Source of the DNA: Glaucostegus cemiculus | Lineage: Eukaryota | NCBI GenBank assembly: GCA_976551045.1 | Contig: CDPCPM010000076.1 | Coordinates: forward strand, 26,784,001 to 26,848,000 | Length of the DNA: 64,000 nucleotides | Reading direction: 5' to 3' | In this document: one piece after another, positions 61,611-64,000 of the stretch | Position numbering within the stretch: the first letter of the stretch is position 1 | Layout: the number at the start of each line of letters is the position of its first letter | Notes under the pieces: generated by a model | The model's input: the letters and a program-made list of their open reading frames with translations, nothing else | Database searches by the model: none | What the model was told of the DNA's origin: nothing | Program-made: the position numbers and the translations under genes

Positions 61611-63252
61611 ACAGAAAAACTGATATCCTGAATGGCTGGGTTTGGTAATGTAACTTTCTATGAAACTTTGATTCCAAGCTTATGTCATCAAATCCAAATT
61701 GCAGCACACAAAAAGAAAATAGAAATATTTGATCACAGAACTTGGCTTCTGTTAAACTAAATAGCAAAAAGGTTCAACGTAGAGGATTTTTTGAAAATTA
61801 ATTAAACCGAACTTTTAAACATCCAAGAAGTATTCTAATCTACCTAAGATAAGTAAAGCTGAGACCTCATACAGGAAACAAATTATTAATTAAGTCAAAC
61901 TTTGAGCTGAATCTTGTTTTTTTGGGGGGGATGGAAACTTAATTTTGTTTCATATGTTTATCTGGAGGTAAAGTCACCTTTTGATTTATTGAAAATGATT
62001 AAAACTGCAAGCTCCTGCCACCTACAGGTCACTTCAAGACAAGTAGAAATGAAAAAAATAACCATTTAAGAGTTCAGTGGTTCAAAAAATTAAATATAGT
62101 GCATCAAACTTTTCTTGCTTAGTATAATTTTTAATGATTAATAAGAAACAGAATTACTAATCAGAAAGACACCAGGATTTGTATTGTATTTGTGAATTTC
62201 AAAGATCTCTTGCTATTTCCAGAGCAATGGCTCAATACCACAGAAATTCTTTGTTCTTATCTAAATAATACATTACTCACAGTTATCTTTGACAATCTAA
62301 AATAGGAATTTAATCAGACTTTTGCACTGTATTTTTTAAAAGACGTGATGTTCTTGTAACCCTAAAATAAAATTCTAGAAATCACTGCGGAAATATTTTC
62401 TTGTGTCTCCAGTGAGAAGTTGTCATCCAGATCAAGATAATCCCAAATTTAATTTTCAGTGTATACAGTTTTAATTGATCTCTGATGTGTTGGTCATATA
62501 GTAGCTAGGGTAGACGTCAGTAATTACACTTTGGAAATATCAGCCAGAAAGCTGCACATTATTGCTTATCGGAGACCCCTGCTGGAAGAGTGGATGTGCA
62601 TCAGGTGATTTAAAAAAAACTATGCTCACTTTGATACCACTTCAGGCAACTAGACTGCTGTCATTCATTACCACTATTGAAAATGTCTAAACCATTGACA
62701 TGCTGAGAATGCTTAACCCATTGAACCACCTACACTCAGCTCCAATGGGGAAAATTCAAGGAGGCCGTAGGTGAGGTCAGGAGAGGGGTCAGTCAGAACA
62801 TAATTGAAGACCCTCAGATGGAGAGTTGCAGGGAGCAATCACAAAAAAATACTTGAAGAACCAATCTCTAAGAAGATGTTCAATTTCCTCCACTACCAAC
62901 CATGTAAGATCAGGAGTCCATTAAATAATGCTAAAGTAAGACTCCACCTTCACATTCAGACATGCCATTTTCCTAGTTCAAATATCTAGCACAGTTTTAC
63001 ATGCATGGTATCGAAATGAGTTAAGCTGTCTGTTTGATGTCATCACCTGTGCTGCATTCACATGCAGAATGAAGAAAATCTGCAGGTGTGTCACCAGTAC
63101 AGTAAGCACTTGATCAATTTGATAAAATTCTTCCATTAGAGTGCAAAAATTCAGTGTGATGTAATAGAATTTCTGGGCCCTACTGTGAAGACCTTTTCTC
63201 TGCTCCAACTGGAGATCCAGCCACAATTATGCCTGGCTCAGAGTTAGCAGAG

Positions 63253-63812
63253 GCAAAGAATACTGTCGCCCTGAACTACCCAGCTACTAGGTCATTCCAG
63301 GTGGCAATACCTGATACATCCCAAATATCACAGCCTGCAGTTCCACACTGGTAACTCACAAATGTCCTATAGTCAAGGAGAGGGCAGGAAAATTGACCCA
63401 GTTTGCAGATTTTCTGCAGCAGCAGTAAGTGATAGAGTCCACCACAAATCAATCCAGAGCAGAAAGTTCACCTCACTTGAATATTCATACTGTGTGTGAC
63501 CACAGGTAAAGCTATTTTATCATCAGTGCATTGTATCCAGGAAGCTTTAATGGCTCCTTTAATTTGTGGTAGTTGCTTTGGCCACTGTGCTGGAAAAATT
63601 GATGGCGCTTGGAGATCAAAAGCTATCTCTTCCCTTCTGTCAGAGTTTGCAAATAGAACCTCTGCAGTAAATGAATATAGAGCTAAATGGACATTGCCAC
63701 TGGGGTCCTCAAGATAGGATTCTGCAGCTCAGGCCACTCAGGGAGTAGGTTGCACACTCTAGAAACCTCTAGAGAGGGTCCCATGATTCATCATCATCTT
63801 TTGCATAACACA
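63253..63812 (+). mobile_element. Second decayed PIF/Harbinger transposase relic
   Basis: Translations AKNTVALNYPATRSFQVAIPDTSQISQPAV (cf. KVT.AL.F.ATGSFQ...GD...ISQ.AV), FADFLQQQ*VIEST (cf. AGFP.V.G.IDCTH), HLNIHTVCDHR*SYFIISALYPGSFNGSFNL (cf. SLNVQ.VCD...A.YPGS.HDSFIL), LGDQ and ATGVLKIGFCSSGHSGSRLH...LLHN. Confidence 0.8.
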
Positions 63813-63868
63813 CAATCTGGCAACCAGACATTCCTCATTGCACAGCAGAAGGGAAAGGAAGAAGAAGA

Positions 63869-64000
63869 ATCATAGGGTATTACAGCAGAGAAACAGACCC
63901 TTTGGCCCATCTAGTCCATACCGACCTGATCATCTGCCTAGTCCCATCTACCTGCACCTGGACCATATCCCTCCAAACCCCTCCCATCCATATACCCATC
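63869..64000 (-). mobile_element. CR1 3' end, truncated by window edge
   Basis: atcatagggtattacagcagagaaacagaccctttggcccatctagtccataccgacc...ccatatccctccaaacccctcccatccatatacc is the reverse of a CR1-type tail. Confidence 0.75.

Noticed and set aside
62978-63226. Minus-strand ORF next to the Harbinger relic as its Myb/SANT partner
   Set aside because: Only a vague LMEEF..VL resemblance; the diagnostic Trp and KW/ND motifs are not visible.

Overview
AT-rich vertebrate genomic DNA. The repeat complement (HE1-like V-SINEs, CR1, Penelope-like, Rex/Babar and DeuSINE-like elements) suggests a cartilaginous fish (inference). The window holds 10 coding exons of a + strand BTB-BACK-Kelch gene that best matches KLHL4: 10207-10380, 11678-11814, 14109-14305, 29250-29462, 30290-30476, 31241-31465, 36938-37100, 41235-41447, 43794-43965 and 48347-48406 (stop TGA). 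All introns are GT-AG and phase-consistent, the exons encode about 579 aa, and no first coding exon was identified in the window. A repeat-poor putative 3'UTR of about 3.4 kb follows. The rest is intronic or intergenic DNA full of decayed transposons: two Harbinger transposase relics, a fragmented Ty3/Gypsy pol, CR1s, a young Rex/Babar fragment and Penelope-like elements with degenerate minimal hammerhead-ribozyme motifs. The most unusual structures are a ~750 bp intronic inverted duplication with a near-identical core (20011-20765 / 23026-23762) and recurrent Penelope-derived fold-back elements that turn around at the hammerhead motif. I found no convincing new protein-coding system. All family assignments come from motif recognition by eye, not database searches. 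There is one assembly gap (33017-33145).
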